64,000 nt of DNA from an uncultured Clostridia bacterium (GCA_944377145.1 CALWEH010000013.1:26970-90969), one strand, 5' to 3'. Positions 36,526-46,018 are shown, counted from the first letter of the stretch. Program-made: numbers and translations. Notes: a model not told the origin generated them from the letters alone.

Positions 36526-36562
36526 TATTTATTTTTATTAAATTTTTATTTTTATAATATTT

Positions 36563-37993
36563 TTATACTAATAAAGGAGTGCCATTTGAATCAACGACTT
36601 TTAATATTTCAACTAAATTTCCATTATTAGCATCTACATAATAATAAAATAATCCTCCTATTCTTTCGCATACAAATTCATATACAGAAACTTCACTAGC
36701 ATCATCTAAAGCAATAACTGCTTTTCTGGTATTAAGCAATTTATAATCAAACCCTAACTCTTTTTCAGCTTCTTCTATGCTAATACTAGTTGTAATATTT
36801 CTTTTAACATGATTAAAAGCATAATTTTTAGCTTCAAATCCAATTATAGTTTGAGCAAACATATCCACTTTTACTTTAACTAAGTCTGGATATAATATTA
36901 CACCATCTTGAGTTGGAGCTAAATTAATATAAGCCACATTCTCATTTACTTCTACCCACACTGCAACTAAATTCCCAAATCCAGCCTTTTTAGCAAAATT
37001 AATTGCCATTTGTTGAGCCTGTTCACTTGAAATATTAGCATCTTCCTTTTCAGCATAACCACAAAGATTTAACAATAAACCTTGGCGTTTTGATACTTGA
37101 GCTGTATAAGTTATCTTATTTTTAATTATTTCAAAATCATAAGTGTCAAAATCTCCACTTGTTTCAGTTACAAAGTTTATTTGAACATCATCATTTTTAT
37201 ATACAGTATTTTTTAAATATTCATAAGCTTCTTCTTGAGAAACCTCAACCTCGCTAAGTCCTTTAATCTCTTTATTTTCCAACGCTGCTGAGAAAGGTCC
37301 ATCAAATATCATTGTAGGATAATCTACTTCGTTAGAAGTCAAATCCCCTATTGAATTTGAAAATTGTGTAACTCCCTCACTATTAAAAATCCCATTTGTA
37401 ATAAACTCATATTCTCCTTTTTTAACCATATCATTATGAGTATTTAATTTGGATTTTATAATAGATAAAGCTTGCTCAGCTTTATCTATCAATAATAATT
37501 GTTCACTTGTTAATTCTTCACCTTTATCAATAGCAGTAATATAAGCTTCACATACACCACTTAATTGATTAAAAAATTTAATTGCAGAGTTGCTATTTTG
37601 AGCATCTATAGGCAATACACTTAATCCAGCGATTATATATGAACAATCTTGTTCCATATCTTTTAATAAAGAGCGTTGTGACATTGAAGTTGTTAAAGTT
37701 TCAAATTTATCAGCATTAACTTGCAAATTATTTACACTATCCACCATAGAGTAATAAGAGCTAGAATAAACACTTTCTAAAGTTTTAGCATTCTGTTTGT
37801 CTGTCTTTTTTAATTGATAAAATGCTATTAACACTGCTCCCAAAATAACTAAAAGAGCAACACAAGATACAATCAATATTGGCAACATCTTTTGGGCTTT
37901 AGAAGCTTTTTTCTCTCTTTGAACATCTTCATTTAAATCTCTTTTTGTTGTAGTTTTTTCTATTCTTTCTTCTATTTTATTATTTTTATTCAT
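36563..37993 (-). CDS. ypeB: Germination protein YpeB-like (N-terminal TM, YpeB region, PepSY-like C-terminal domains)
   Basis: Membrane-anchored 476-aa protein encoded 12 nt downstream of the sleB-like gene, the same order as the Bacillus sleB-ypeB operon. Confidence 0.65.
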   Translation of the reverse strand: MNKNNKIEERIEKTTTKRDLNEDVQREKKASKAQKMLPILIVSCVALLVILGAVLIAFYQLKKTDKQNAKTLESVYSSSYYSMVDSVNNLQVNADKFETLTTSMSQRSLLKDMEQDCSYIIAGLSVLPIDAQNSNSAIKFFNQLSGVCEAYITAIDKGEELTSEQLLLIDKAEQALSIIKSKLNTHNDMVKKGEYEFITNGIFNSEGVTQFSNSIGDLTSNEVDYPTMIFDGPFSAALENKEIKGLSEVEVSQEEAYEYLKNTVYKNDDVQINFVTETSGDFDTYDFEIIKNKITYTAQVSKRQGLLLNLCGYAEKEDANISSEQAQQMAINFAKKAGFGNLVAVWVEVNENVAYINLAPTQDGVILYPDLVKVKVDMFAQTIIGFEAKNYAFNHVKRNITTSISIEEAEKELGFDYKLLNTRKAVIALDDASEVSVYEFVCERIGGLFYYYVDANNGNLVEILKVVDSNGTPLLV

Positions 37994-38005
37994 AAACTAT
38001 CTCCT

Positions 38006-38701
38006 TTACACTGAAAATACATGCTGACCAATAACTGTTACAGTTGTAGTACTTCTAATCCATGCACTTGTAGCTGTTTTAGGATTATAATAATACACTG
38101 CGCCGTACGTTGGATCCCAGCCATTCATTGCATCTCTAGCAGCTTGATAAGCTGTTTCATTTGGCTCTAAAGCAAATTGCCCATCATTCACAGCTGTAAA
38201 TGCCCATGGCTGATATATAACACCAGCTATAGTATTTGGAAATCTTGAATCCTCAACTCTATTTAAAACCACTGCCGCTACAGCCACCTGTCCAATATAG
38301 CTTTCACCTCTAGCTTCACTATATACTAATTTCGCCAATAAATATAAATCGTTGTTATTATATCCTGAAGAACTTCCTCCTGATACACTTAGCCCCATTT
38401 TTGCAGCAGTTAATGGGCCTACAATTCCATCAACAGCTAATCCATATTTCTTTTGAAATGCTTTTACTGCAGCTATTGTTTTAGGACCATTTATGCCATC
38501 AACATTACCAGTATAATATCCCCATTTTTTTAATACAGTCTGCACCTCTCTAGTGTCTGCCACAGCCGCATCTACTCTTTCAATATTGGTAGCTGTAGTT
38601 GCAATCTTTTGACTTTGAACATACATTTGTCCACCACCAATTAGCATACATGTCAAAATCGCTAATACAGCAACACAAATTTTCCATCTTTTCATAACCA
38701 C
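38006..38701 (-). CDS. sleB: Spore cortex-lytic enzyme SleB-like (PG_binding_1 plus Hydrolase_2 domains)
   Basis: Peptidoglycan-binding repeat VQTVLKKWGYYTGNVDGINGPKTIAAVKAFQKKYGL. Hydrolase region LLAKLVYSEARGESYIGQVAVAAVVLNRVEDSRFPNTIAGVIYQPWAFTAV. Confidence 0.8.
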   Translation of the reverse strand: MVMKRWKICVAVLAILTCMLIGGGQMYVQSQKIATTATNIERVDAAVADTREVQTVLKKWGYYTGNVDGINGPKTIAAVKAFQKKYGLAVDGIVGPLTAAKMGLSVSGGSSSGYNNNDLYLLAKLVYSEARGESYIGQVAVAAVVLNRVEDSRFPNTIAGVIYQPWAFTAVNDGQFALEPNETAYQAARDAMNGWDPTYGAVYYYNPKTATSAWIRSTTTVTVIGQHVFSV

Positions 38702-38704
38702 CTC

Positions 38705-39238
38705 TTAATCAAAATATTTTTTTATAATTTCCAATAAATATGATTGATATTTTATATTTTGTGCGTCAGCGCAATTATTATTCACAAAACATAAAGGAGG
38801 ATATACAATACACCACCAATTATCGCCTTCTCCACTTCCAAGTTCTATTATTAAGGAATCGTATACACCTGCTTCTAAAGTAACATTATCATAACTACGT
38901 GTTGGAAAATATTCTTGACTAATTCTTACACGAGATGTGTAGTTAAAATTATTTTCCTTTAACACTTTATCACACACATTTTCAATAGTGTTTAACATGG
39001 CTGATAACACTTCTATACTTTTACTTTTAGTATCACAATCCACCAAGTAAGGTGTTACAAAATTTACAACTTCATCTTTTACTATGTATTTTATATTTTG
39101 ATCTATTTCATAATTAGAATTAGCTCTTATATGAATTCTAAAGTAATCGTAATTTGAACTATACTGATTATCTTTTGTATTAATAACAAAAATTCCACAA
39201 CATAATAATAAAAATAATGTAATAGGTAAATATTTCAT
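38705..39238 (-). CDS. spoIIR: Stage II sporulation protein R
   Basis: FRIHIRANSN...DQNIKYIVKDEV and GEGDNWWCIVYPPLCF, both characteristic SpoIIR motifs. Confidence 0.85.
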   Translation of the reverse strand: MKYLPITLFLLLCCGIFVINTKDNQYSSNYDYFRIHIRANSNYEIDQNIKYIVKDEVVNFVTPYLVDCDTKSKSIEVLSAMLNTIENVCDKVLKENNFNYTSRVRISQEYFPTRSYDNVTLEAGVYDSLIIELGSGEGDNWWCIVYPPLCFVNNNCADAQNIKYQSYLLEIIKKYFD

Positions 39239-39287
39239 AAATTAACTCCTAAATAAAATATTTACCCATCACATTATTTAAATAATA

Positions 39288-40229
39288 TTAAATTACATCA
39301 AAAATATATGAAATATATAATAAATTGTCTATTTTTAGCATTTTTGCCTGATTTTTAATAATATTTTTAATTTTATTTAATTTTATATTTTTTATATTAA
39401 AAAATTTTTTTATAATTATTTTTAATCTATTTAAAATTGCTTCACTTACTCTCATTAAATTATTACAATAATATTTAATTAAATCTATAAATTCATATTT
39501 AACAATTAAATCATAAGCTTTCAATATTTCTTCAACATTATTTGAACTTTTGTAAAAATCTATATATTGTTCTTGATCTAAATTTAATTTTTCTAAAAAT
39601 TTTAATATATAGCACATTTTTAAATATATATAACAAGGAAGTTCTTTTTTGTCTACTATAAAAAAATCTTGTGAAATATAAAATTTTAAATTATTAACAC
39701 ATTCAAATAAATTATTATAAAAATTATCATTATTATTTATCAAATTATCTATTTGTTTAAATATTTTTAAATCGACCTGTTCATTTCGTTGAATGTCAGA
39801 CCAGATTTTTTCAATACCAGCTTGATACATAATCATTACACTGGTATAATCTTTTTCATTTCCACAAAACAAAATATTATCCCCAAAAACACTTTCACAA
39901 TTCATCATATATGGCAAGATAAAATTTGAAGTTGGAAGAAAAATATTTAATATATAAATATTATCATTTTGCAAAAGAGAAAAATGCTCAATATTAACAT
40001 TATATATAACAATCCTCACACCATCATTAATTTGTTCAAAAAAAGATGAAGTATTTTTATTAAAATAATATTTCAATAAAACCACTTGTTTTGATAATTT
40101 ATTTTCTAATTTTTGTATAACATTAAAATCACTTGTTTCATCTATGCATAATAACACTTTTTGATATTTAGCTTTTTGAATTATTAAAGATGAAATTTCT
40201 TCTAAATTATTTATATTTACAATTCTCAT
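39288..40229 (-). CDS. Hypothetical protein (313 aa)
   Basis: Long ORF. No confident motif. Confidence 0.45.
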   Translation of the reverse strand: MRIVNINNLEEISSLIIQKAKYQKVLLCIDETSDFNVIQKLENKLSKQVVLLKYYFNKNTSSFFEQINDGVRIVIYNVNIEHFSLLQNDNIYILNIFLPTSNFILPYMMNCESVFGDNILFCGNEKDYTSVMIMYQAGIEKIWSDIQRNEQVDLKIFKQIDNLINNNDNFYNNLFECVNNLKFYISQDFFIVDKKELPCYIYLKMCYILKFLEKLNLDQEQYIDFYKSSNNVEEILKAYDLIVKYEFIDLIKYYCNNLMRVSEAILNRLKIIIKKFFNIKNIKLNKIKNIIKNQAKMLKIDNLLYISYIFDVI

Positions 40230-40366
40230 AAATATAATGCTAACTAATACAACTATTTTTTAAAATGAAATATTTGCCAACTAATTGAGAATTATAAAAC
40301 TATTTGATTGTTTTTATCAAAAATCAATAATTTAACATATAAAAAAATCTTATCAAAGATAAGATT

Positions 40367-40600
40367 TTATTTTTTTATATTTTGACTTTCCATAAATTCA
40401 ACTACATCTTTAATAGTAGACATTTTCATTGCATCTTGATCTGGAATTGTAATACCATATTCATCTTCAAGCATCATAAGAAGCTCAACTATATCAAGGC
40501 TATCTGCTCCCAAATCTTCAATTAATCTTGAATCCAAACTAACTTCTTCCACTTTTTTATTCAATTTTCCAGCAATCATTTTTATTATTTTTTCTTGCAT
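40367..40600 (-). CDS. acpP: Acyl carrier protein
   Basis: 77 aa with the phosphopantetheine attachment motif LGADSLDIVELLMMLEDEYGI. Confidence 0.8.
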   Translation of the reverse strand: MQEKIIKMIAGKLNKKVEEVSLDSRLIEDLGADSLDIVELLMMLEDEYGITIPDQDAMKMSTIKDVVEFMESQNIKK

Positions 40601-40712
40601 ATAATCACTCCTTTTGCAATATATTGAATAATATTGTAAAAATATTTAACACATTAATTTTACTACATAAATATTTAAATGTAAAGTATTTATCTGTATT
40701 TTGTAAAACTCT

Positions 40713-41309
40713 TTATCTTTTTTCATCTAAATATGTAGCCATCATATCAGCAGAATGAAAAATCATAGCGTTTGGGAATTTATAATAAGCTTCACTCATA
40801 GCATAAGAGCCTCCTCGAACACGATCGTCAAATCCTCCTCCATGCCAATTTATACTAATAGCTTCCTCTCTGCTAAGTTTAATAAAACTTCCAATAATAT
40901 ATACAGATTTTTCACCATGCCCATAAGGAAGTTTATCTTCAACTGAATAATAAGGAACTTGTATCCATTGCCCATCAACTTTCACATTTCTATATTCAGT
41001 TTTATAAAAATCCACTTTACACACATCATGAAGAAGAGCTATTATAGCAACGCTCTCCATTGATATACTATCTGTAAAATTTTCACCGTACTCCATTTTT
41101 AATAGCTTCACAAATCTATAAAACACCTTCAAACTATGTTCACACAAACCTCCTTCATAGGCTGAATGAAATTTTGAAGATGCTGGTGCTGTAAAAAAGT
41201 CGCTATTTATTAACCAATCTAATAAATTCTCAGCACCTTCTCTTTTTATATACTCATTAAACAGTTCTATAAACTTTTCCTGATTTTTCTCTATGTTTGA
41301 ATTCTCCAT
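40713..41309 (-). CDS. HD-domain phosphohydrolase family protein
   Basis: The motifs H...HS, LLHDVCK and FHSADMMA fit an HD metal-binding pattern. Confidence 0.55.
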   Translation of the reverse strand: MENSNIEKNQEKFIELFNEYIKREGAENLLDWLINSDFFTAPASSKFHSAYEGGLCEHSLKVFYRFVKLLKMEYGENFTDSISMESVAIIALLHDVCKVDFYKTEYRNVKVDGQWIQVPYYSVEDKLPYGHGEKSVYIIGSFIKLSREEAISINWHGGGFDDRVRGGSYAMSEAYYKFPNAMIFHSADMMATYLDEKR

Positions 41310-41311
41310 AA

Positions 41312-42661
41312 TTACTCCTTTGTAAGATAATTTTGTTTCGCTTTATAACTTGTATGAAGCACTTTTAATGAAACTTCACTCATTGGATATCCAAAAAATT
41401 CATTATACATTCTTATAACATCTGGATTTTTAAAGCTATATCTCAAATTTAGTTTTTCATCATAATTTAAAAGTCCCATTGCACGCCTATATGGAGCCGA
41501 TTTATTTATATTTTTAGGTTGTCCAGCCCCTCCAACGCACCCACTAGGGCAAGCCATTACTTCAAGTATATCGTAATGATTTTTACCATTTTTAACATCA
41601 TCTAAAAATTTTCTTGCATTATCTAAGCCTGTAATAACTACTACCTTTAAATTATATTCTCCAATACGAACTCTAGCTTCTTTAACCTTTTCATAAGTAT
41701 GAACTTTATTAAAATTTAAAAATTTATTTGGAGGACGTTTACCTGTAATGAAATAATATGCTGTTCTAAGAGTAGCTTCCATCACCCCTCCTGTAGAACC
41801 AAATATAACTCCAGCCCCACTTCCACGACTAAACATACTGTCAAAATTACTATCTGCTATATTCTTTATATCTAAATTCCTTGATTTCGCCCATTTTACC
41901 ACTTCTTTTACTGTTAATACAGCATCTGTATCTTGATATTCTCCATCTTTATTGTACTGGCTAGCACTATTCATTTCTTTCCTTAAAATTTCAAACTTTT
42001 TAGCAGTACAAGGAGTAATTGACACGACAAAAATATTTTTAGGATCAATATTTAACTTTGAAGCAAAATATGTTTTTATACAAATAGATGTTATATTTAC
42101 AGGAGTTCTAACAGTTGTAATATGATTAATCAAATCAGGATAATATATTTCAACAAACTTATACCATGCAGGGCAACAGTTTGTAAATAAAGGTAAATCT
42201 TTATTTAATTTTAAACGTTGTACCAATTCTGTTGCTTCTTCCATCACTGTCATATCTGCACCAAAAGTTGTATCAAATACATAATCAGCACCTAATTTTC
42301 TTAACAATCCAACCATTTTCTTTTCAACATTATCTCCTGCACTATATCCAAAAGCCTCTCCAAACGCCACTCTAACAGCAGGAGCTGTATGAAACACTAT
42401 AACTTTTCCTTTTGTTTTTATAGCTTTTTTCACCAAATCAACATCATCTCTTTCACAAATAGCACCTGTTGGACAAACAACTGAACATTGCCCACAGTTT
42501 ACACAAACAGCTACACCCTCAGCATTATGTTTATCCACATCAATTCCATTTGTTGATTTGCAAATCATTCTACATAATCCACAATCTATGCACTTTTTTG
42601 CATTAAAAACTATAGATGGATTATTATCGCTTATCAATAATCTTTTTTTTACAAACTCCAC
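41312..42661 (-). CDS. [FeFe]-hydrogenase catalytic subunit with two N-terminal [4Fe-4S] ferredoxin motifs
   Basis: CIDCGLCRMIC and CVNCGQCSVVCP. H-cluster motifs are TNCCPAW (L1), ITPCTAKK (L2) and MACPSGCVGGAGQP (L3). Confidence 0.85.
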   Translation of the reverse strand: MEFVKKRLLISDNNPSIVFNAKKCIDCGLCRMICKSTNGIDVDKHNAEGVAVCVNCGQCSVVCPTGAICERDDVDLVKKAIKTKGKVIVFHTAPAVRVAFGEAFGYSAGDNVEKKMVGLLRKLGADYVFDTTFGADMTVMEEATELVQRLKLNKDLPLFTNCCPAWYKFVEIYYPDLINHITTVRTPVNITSICIKTYFASKLNIDPKNIFVVSITPCTAKKFEILRKEMNSASQYNKDGEYQDTDAVLTVKEVVKWAKSRNLDIKNIADSNFDSMFSRGSGAGVIFGSTGGVMEATLRTAYYFITGKRPPNKFLNFNKVHTYEKVKEARVRIGEYNLKVVVITGLDNARKFLDDVKNGKNHYDILEVMACPSGCVGGAGQPKNINKSAPYRRAMGLLNYDEKLNLRYSFKNPDVIRMYNEFFGYPMSEVSLKVLHTSYKAKQNYLTKE

Positions 42662-42671
42662 CTAAACACCC

Positions 42672-43904
42672 CTATAAAGTTTTAATCTCTTCATCTTTCA
42701 TTGATATAAATCCATCAAAATTAGCAAATTTTAATTTATCTAATAAAGATTTCATATTTTTCGCTCTTAAATATGTTGATACAGCATATTTTTCCATAAG
42801 TTGTTGTTTTCTTACTAAAACGTTAGTAAAATCATCATCTAAATCATAAATTAAAGCAATTTTCAACTTCTCTTTTTTCATTTTACCTTGTTCTGTCAAA
42901 ATTAAATTTACAGGTTCAAAGCCTATTGAAAAGCCTACAGCAGGCACATTTATTCCTATTAATTTTTCAACCATATTATCATAGCGTCCGCCACCACCAA
43001 CAGCACCTTTAAATCCTTCTGTATAAGCCTCGTAAATAGTTCCTGTATAATAACTTTGCCCTCTTACTATTGACAAATCAAATACGCATTTTCCATTTGT
43101 TATCACACTATTTACAGTGTTTATAATATTTAATATATTCTCAATTTCTTTACTATCCACACCATAATTAGTTGCTACATTTACACCTCGTTCAATAATA
43201 TCGTTAAAAGCTGTTATTAATTTTGAAATATTAGATTTATTAAAATCTTTATCTTCCAACTCTTGCTCTACACCATTTAATCCAATTTTATCAAACTTAT
43301 CTAAAGTGATACATACTGAATTAATATCTTCTTCTTTAAATCCACAATATAAAACTAATGAGTTTAATATTTTTCTGCTATTTATTTTAAATACAATATT
43401 ATTAAATCCAAGCTTTGTATATGTATTAATAGCTGTAGTAATAATTTCAATTTCTGCTCGAATACTATCATCTCCAAAAATATCTATGTCGCACTGCAAA
43501 AATTGACGATTACGCCCTTTTTGAGGTCTTTCTGCACGAAAAGCATATCCTATTTGAATTGCCTTAAAAGGATTAGGCAACATTTCACGATTTCCAGCAA
43601 AAAATCTAGCTAAAGGAACTGTTAAATCATACCTTAAACCTTCTTCACAAATATCCTTTTCAGTTAAATTGGGTTTTGATAAGTCTAATTTATCTCCTCG
43701 TTTAACTGTTTTAAACATCAATCTAAGATTATCTCCACCATCACTATTATCTAATAATTCGAGATTTTCTAAAATTGGAGTAGTTATTAAACTAAATCCA
43801 TTGTCTTGATAACTTTTTAATATTTTTTGTTTTAAAATCTCTCTATTCTCTGCTTGAATAGGAGGATAATCATAAGTACCTCTAACAGGCTGAACATTTT
43901 TCAT
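42672..43904 (-). CDS. hisS: Histidine--tRNA ligase
   Basis: Class II motifs: RGTYDY near the N-terminus, FRAERPQKGRNRQFLQCDIDIFG (motif 2) and GGGGRYDNMV (motif 3). Confidence 0.75.
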   Translation of the reverse strand: MKNVQPVRGTYDYPPIQAENREILKQKILKSYQDNGFSLITTPILENLELLDNSDGGDNLRLMFKTVKRGDKLDLSKPNLTEKDICEEGLRYDLTVPLARFFAGNREMLPNPFKAIQIGYAFRAERPQKGRNRQFLQCDIDIFGDDSIRAEIEIITTAINTYTKLGFNNIVFKINSRKILNSLVLYCGFKEEDINSVCITLDKFDKIGLNGVEQELEDKDFNKSNISKLITAFNDIIERGVNVATNYGVDSKEIENILNIINTVNSVITNGKCVFDLSIVRGQSYYTGTIYEAYTEGFKGAVGGGGRYDNMVEKLIGINVPAVGFSIGFEPVNLILTEQGKMKKEKLKIALIYDLDDDFTNVLVRKQQLMEKYAVSTYLRAKNMKSLLDKLKFANFDGFISMKDEEIKTL

Positions 43905-44035
43905 AATATTTTCCTTTTACTAACTTTTAATTAACATTATATTTTATACTTTTTAAATTGTCAAGAATTTTATATCTCAAAAAAATTATATTAAATTAAA
44001 AAAACTCTACTATAAAATAGAGCTTTTTCATTTAT

Positions 44036-44278
44036 TTATTCTGCCAATTTTGTTATTTTAACTTCTCCACACAACACATCACTATAAGAATAGGTATGAG
44101 TTGAGCTAGAAGATATTTTGTCTTTTACAGTAAAAACACTTGTATATACATTTTCAATAATGCCTTCAAATTTTAAAATTTTGCGTCTTCCTCGATTTAT
44201 ATATAATTTTACTTGCTCACCCTTTAACAATGTCATAGCTCGTTTAATATCATCTAAAGTTGTAACATTTCTTCTCAT
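44036..44278 (-). CDS. veg: Veg family protein
   Basis: 80 aa. LDDIKRAMTLLKGEQVKLYINRGRRKILKFEGIIENVYTSVFTV...YSYSDVL matches the Bacillus Veg pattern. Confidence 0.85.
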   Translation of the reverse strand: MRRNVTTLDDIKRAMTLLKGEQVKLYINRGRRKILKFEGIIENVYTSVFTVKDKISSSSTHTYSYSDVLCGEVKITKLAE

Positions 44279-44331
44279 TACTCCACCACCTTATTAAAAG
44301 TTTGGAGCAAAATAAATATTTTATTCAAATG

Positions 44332-44362
44332 CGACAAAGATTTATTAATTTCGACAAAGATT
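44332..44362 (-). promoter_or_regulatory. Tandem direct repeat CGACAAAGATT (period 20 nt) carrying two Spo0A-box-like heptamers upstream of veg
   Basis: The minus strand reads AATCTTTGTCGAA (perfect TGTCGAA), then 20 nt on, AATCTTTGTCGCA (one mismatch). The plus-strand units are at 44332-44342 and 44352-44362. Confidence 0.35.
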
Positions 44363-44918
44363 AATCGTCATCTTCTTCTTCCTCATCGTCTTCATCATCT
44401 TCATCAAAGTCATCATCTATATCCTCATCTATTTCGTCAAAATCATCATCGTCGTCTTCTTCTTCCTCGTCTTCGTCATCGTCATCATCTTCTTCGTCAT
44501 CGTCAATATCCTCTAAATCAAGGTCATCTTTATCTAACTCATCTACAAAGTCGAGGTCATCATCAACACCTGAAGTAATATCAGAATCTACATCTTCTTC
44601 ATCTGTTTCATTAGATTCAAAGTCATCATCATCTTCATCATCATCTGAGATGTATTTATGCCAATTATTAACATCTTCATCCATATCTTCAGCATTGTTA
44701 ATACCAAATTCTTGTTTGCAACTATCGCAAACTTCTTCGCCATTTTGAACGAAATTGATTTTACATATACTGCAAAGTTCCAAATCGCCAATATCATCAT
44801 CACTTTCTATTAATTTCATTTCACGTTTGCACACATCGCAATATTGATCTGCTTTTTTAATATAATTTAATTCACATCTAGGACATCTAATATATACATT
44901 TTTTAAATTTTTTGCCAT
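44361..44918 (-). CDS. Double CxxC zinc-ribbon protein with an extremely acidic C-terminal tail of about 115 aa
   Basis: CPRC...CDVC and CSIC...CDSC, followed by an almost pure D/E region (DDDEEDDDDDEDEEEEDDDDDFDEIDEDIDDDFDEDDEDDEEEEDDD). Confidence 0.65.
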   Translation of the reverse strand: MAKNLKNVYIRCPRCELNYIKKADQYCDVCKREMKLIESDDDIGDLELCSICKINFVQNGEEVCDSCKQEFGINNAEDMDEDVNNWHKYISDDDEDDDDFESNETDEEDVDSDITSGVDDDLDFVDELDKDDLDLEDIDDDEEDDDDDEDEEEEDDDDDFDEIDEDIDDDFDEDDEDDEEEEDDD

Positions 44919-45005
44919 AATATACTTCCTTTCTATATTTGTTAGTATATTATAATTATTTAAAAATTATTTGTCTACTAATTTTTAATATTTTTAAAAA
45001 TATTT

Positions 45006-45767
45006 TTAACAAGCACCTTCTATTAACATTTTATCTGCTACTAAAGCTATAAATTCTCCATTGGTAGGTTTTTCATTGCTTGAATATACTTTCAAGCCAA
45101 ATACATTATTAATATTTTCTATTTTACCTCTATTCCAAGCTACTTCAATAGCATGTCGAATTGCTCGTTCCACTTTAGAAGCACTTGTGCTATATTTATC
45201 TGCAATTGTAGGATATAATTTTTTAGTTATACTATTTATTATTTCTGGATTTGCTATTGCAAGTTTAATTGCTTCTCTTAAAAATTGATATCCTTTTATA
45301 TGAGCTGGTATACCTACTGTAATAAATATATTTGTAATTTTTTCTTCCAAATGATTATATCTATTTACAGGTATAATTTCATTTGTTGAATTTTCTTGAA
45401 TAGAGAAAATATCTTCTATTCTTTCAATTAATACTTCAGCATTAAATGGTTTAATGCAATAATACTTTGCTCCCAACTCCATAGCTTTTCCAACAAATCC
45501 ATTTAAAGATAATCTAGTGTGAATTATAATATTAGTATTAATTTTTTCCTCCTGAAGTTTTTTCATAACGGCGAACCCGTCTAATTGTGGAAGAACTAAA
45601 TCCATAATTACTACGTCTGGATGATTATTTTTCACCATTTCTAATAAGCTAACTCCATCTTTTACATACCCAATGATATTAAATTTTTCTTTGGTCAGTA
45701 CTTTTAGTAATTCGTCTATAGATTCCTGATCTTCGTCTGCTATAACAATGTTTATTATATTATTCAT
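45006..45767 (-). CDS. spo0A: Sporulation master regulator Spo0A
   Basis: Receiver domain (IADED...DVVIMDLVLPQLDG) plus the Spo0A C-terminal domain (GIPAHIKGYQFLREAIKLA, SKVERAIRHAIEVAW). The ATG at 45767 has AAGAGGAG upstream and is preferred over the track start at 45794. Confidence 0.93.
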   Translation of the reverse strand: MNNIINIVIADEDQESIDELLKVLTKEKFNIIGYVKDGVSLLEMVKNNHPDVVIMDLVLPQLDGFAVMKKLQEEKINTNIIIHTRLSLNGFVGKAMELGAKYYCIKPFNAEVLIERIEDIFSIQENSTNEIIPVNRYNHLEEKITNIFITVGIPAHIKGYQFLREAIKLAIANPEIINSITKKLYPTIADKYSTSASKVERAIRHAIEVAWNRGKIENINNVFGLKVYSSNEKPTNGEFIALVADKMLIEGAC

Positions 45768-45889
45768 TATTTTTCTCCTCTTAATTTGACGCATAATTAA
45801 ATATTACCAGAATTTTTTACAAAAAGAAAAAAATTAAAATCCATTTTTATAGCACTTTTTGACTTTAACTATACAATTAGGTGCAAATT

Positions 45890-45896
45890 TGTCGAA
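45890..45896 (+). promoter_or_regulatory. Perfect Spo0A box (TGTCGAA) in the divergent spo0A / DUF3794-like intergenic region
   Basis: Exact heptamer within the 251-nt intergenic region. It is about 125 nt upstream of both divergent starts. Confidence 0.3.
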
Positions 45897-46018
45897 AATG
45901 ACCAATATTATTATCTTATTTAAATCTTTTTGATAATTGATAAATAATTTTGTAAAAATTTATATCAAAAGACATAATTTTAAAACTTGATTTATATATT
46001 AGTTTACAAGGAGGTAAT

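Noticed and set aside
36301-36562. Tandem AT-rich repeats (AAAATTAATTTAAA(A)ATAATTTAA twice, 36438-36483), considered as a possible CRISPR array or regulatory array
   Set aside because: This is low-complexity A/T DNA with imperfect units and no spacer structure. The same applies to 4943-5167. It is more likely curved promoter-region DNA plus the ypeB terminator.
40367-40600. Orphan acyl carrier protein gene as a sign of a secondary-metabolite cluster
   Set aside because: No PKS, NRPS, fab or acyl-ligase genes are adjacent. A stand-alone acpP is unusual but is not enough to call a system.
43905-44035. T-box riboswitch upstream of hisS
   Set aside because: The intergenic region is only about 130 nt, too short for a T-box leader. 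I saw no specifier-loop or T-box consensus sequence, only a weak hairpin near 44005-44030.
40755-45288. ORFs 40755..40946, 42616..42849, 43306..43506, 44588..44803 and 45061..45288
   Set aside because: Each is an antisense or alternative-frame shadow of the HD, hydrogenase, hisS, acidic Zn-ribbon or spo0A genes. The 44588..44803 ORF is just the GAT/GAA repeat read in another frame (poly-M/K).
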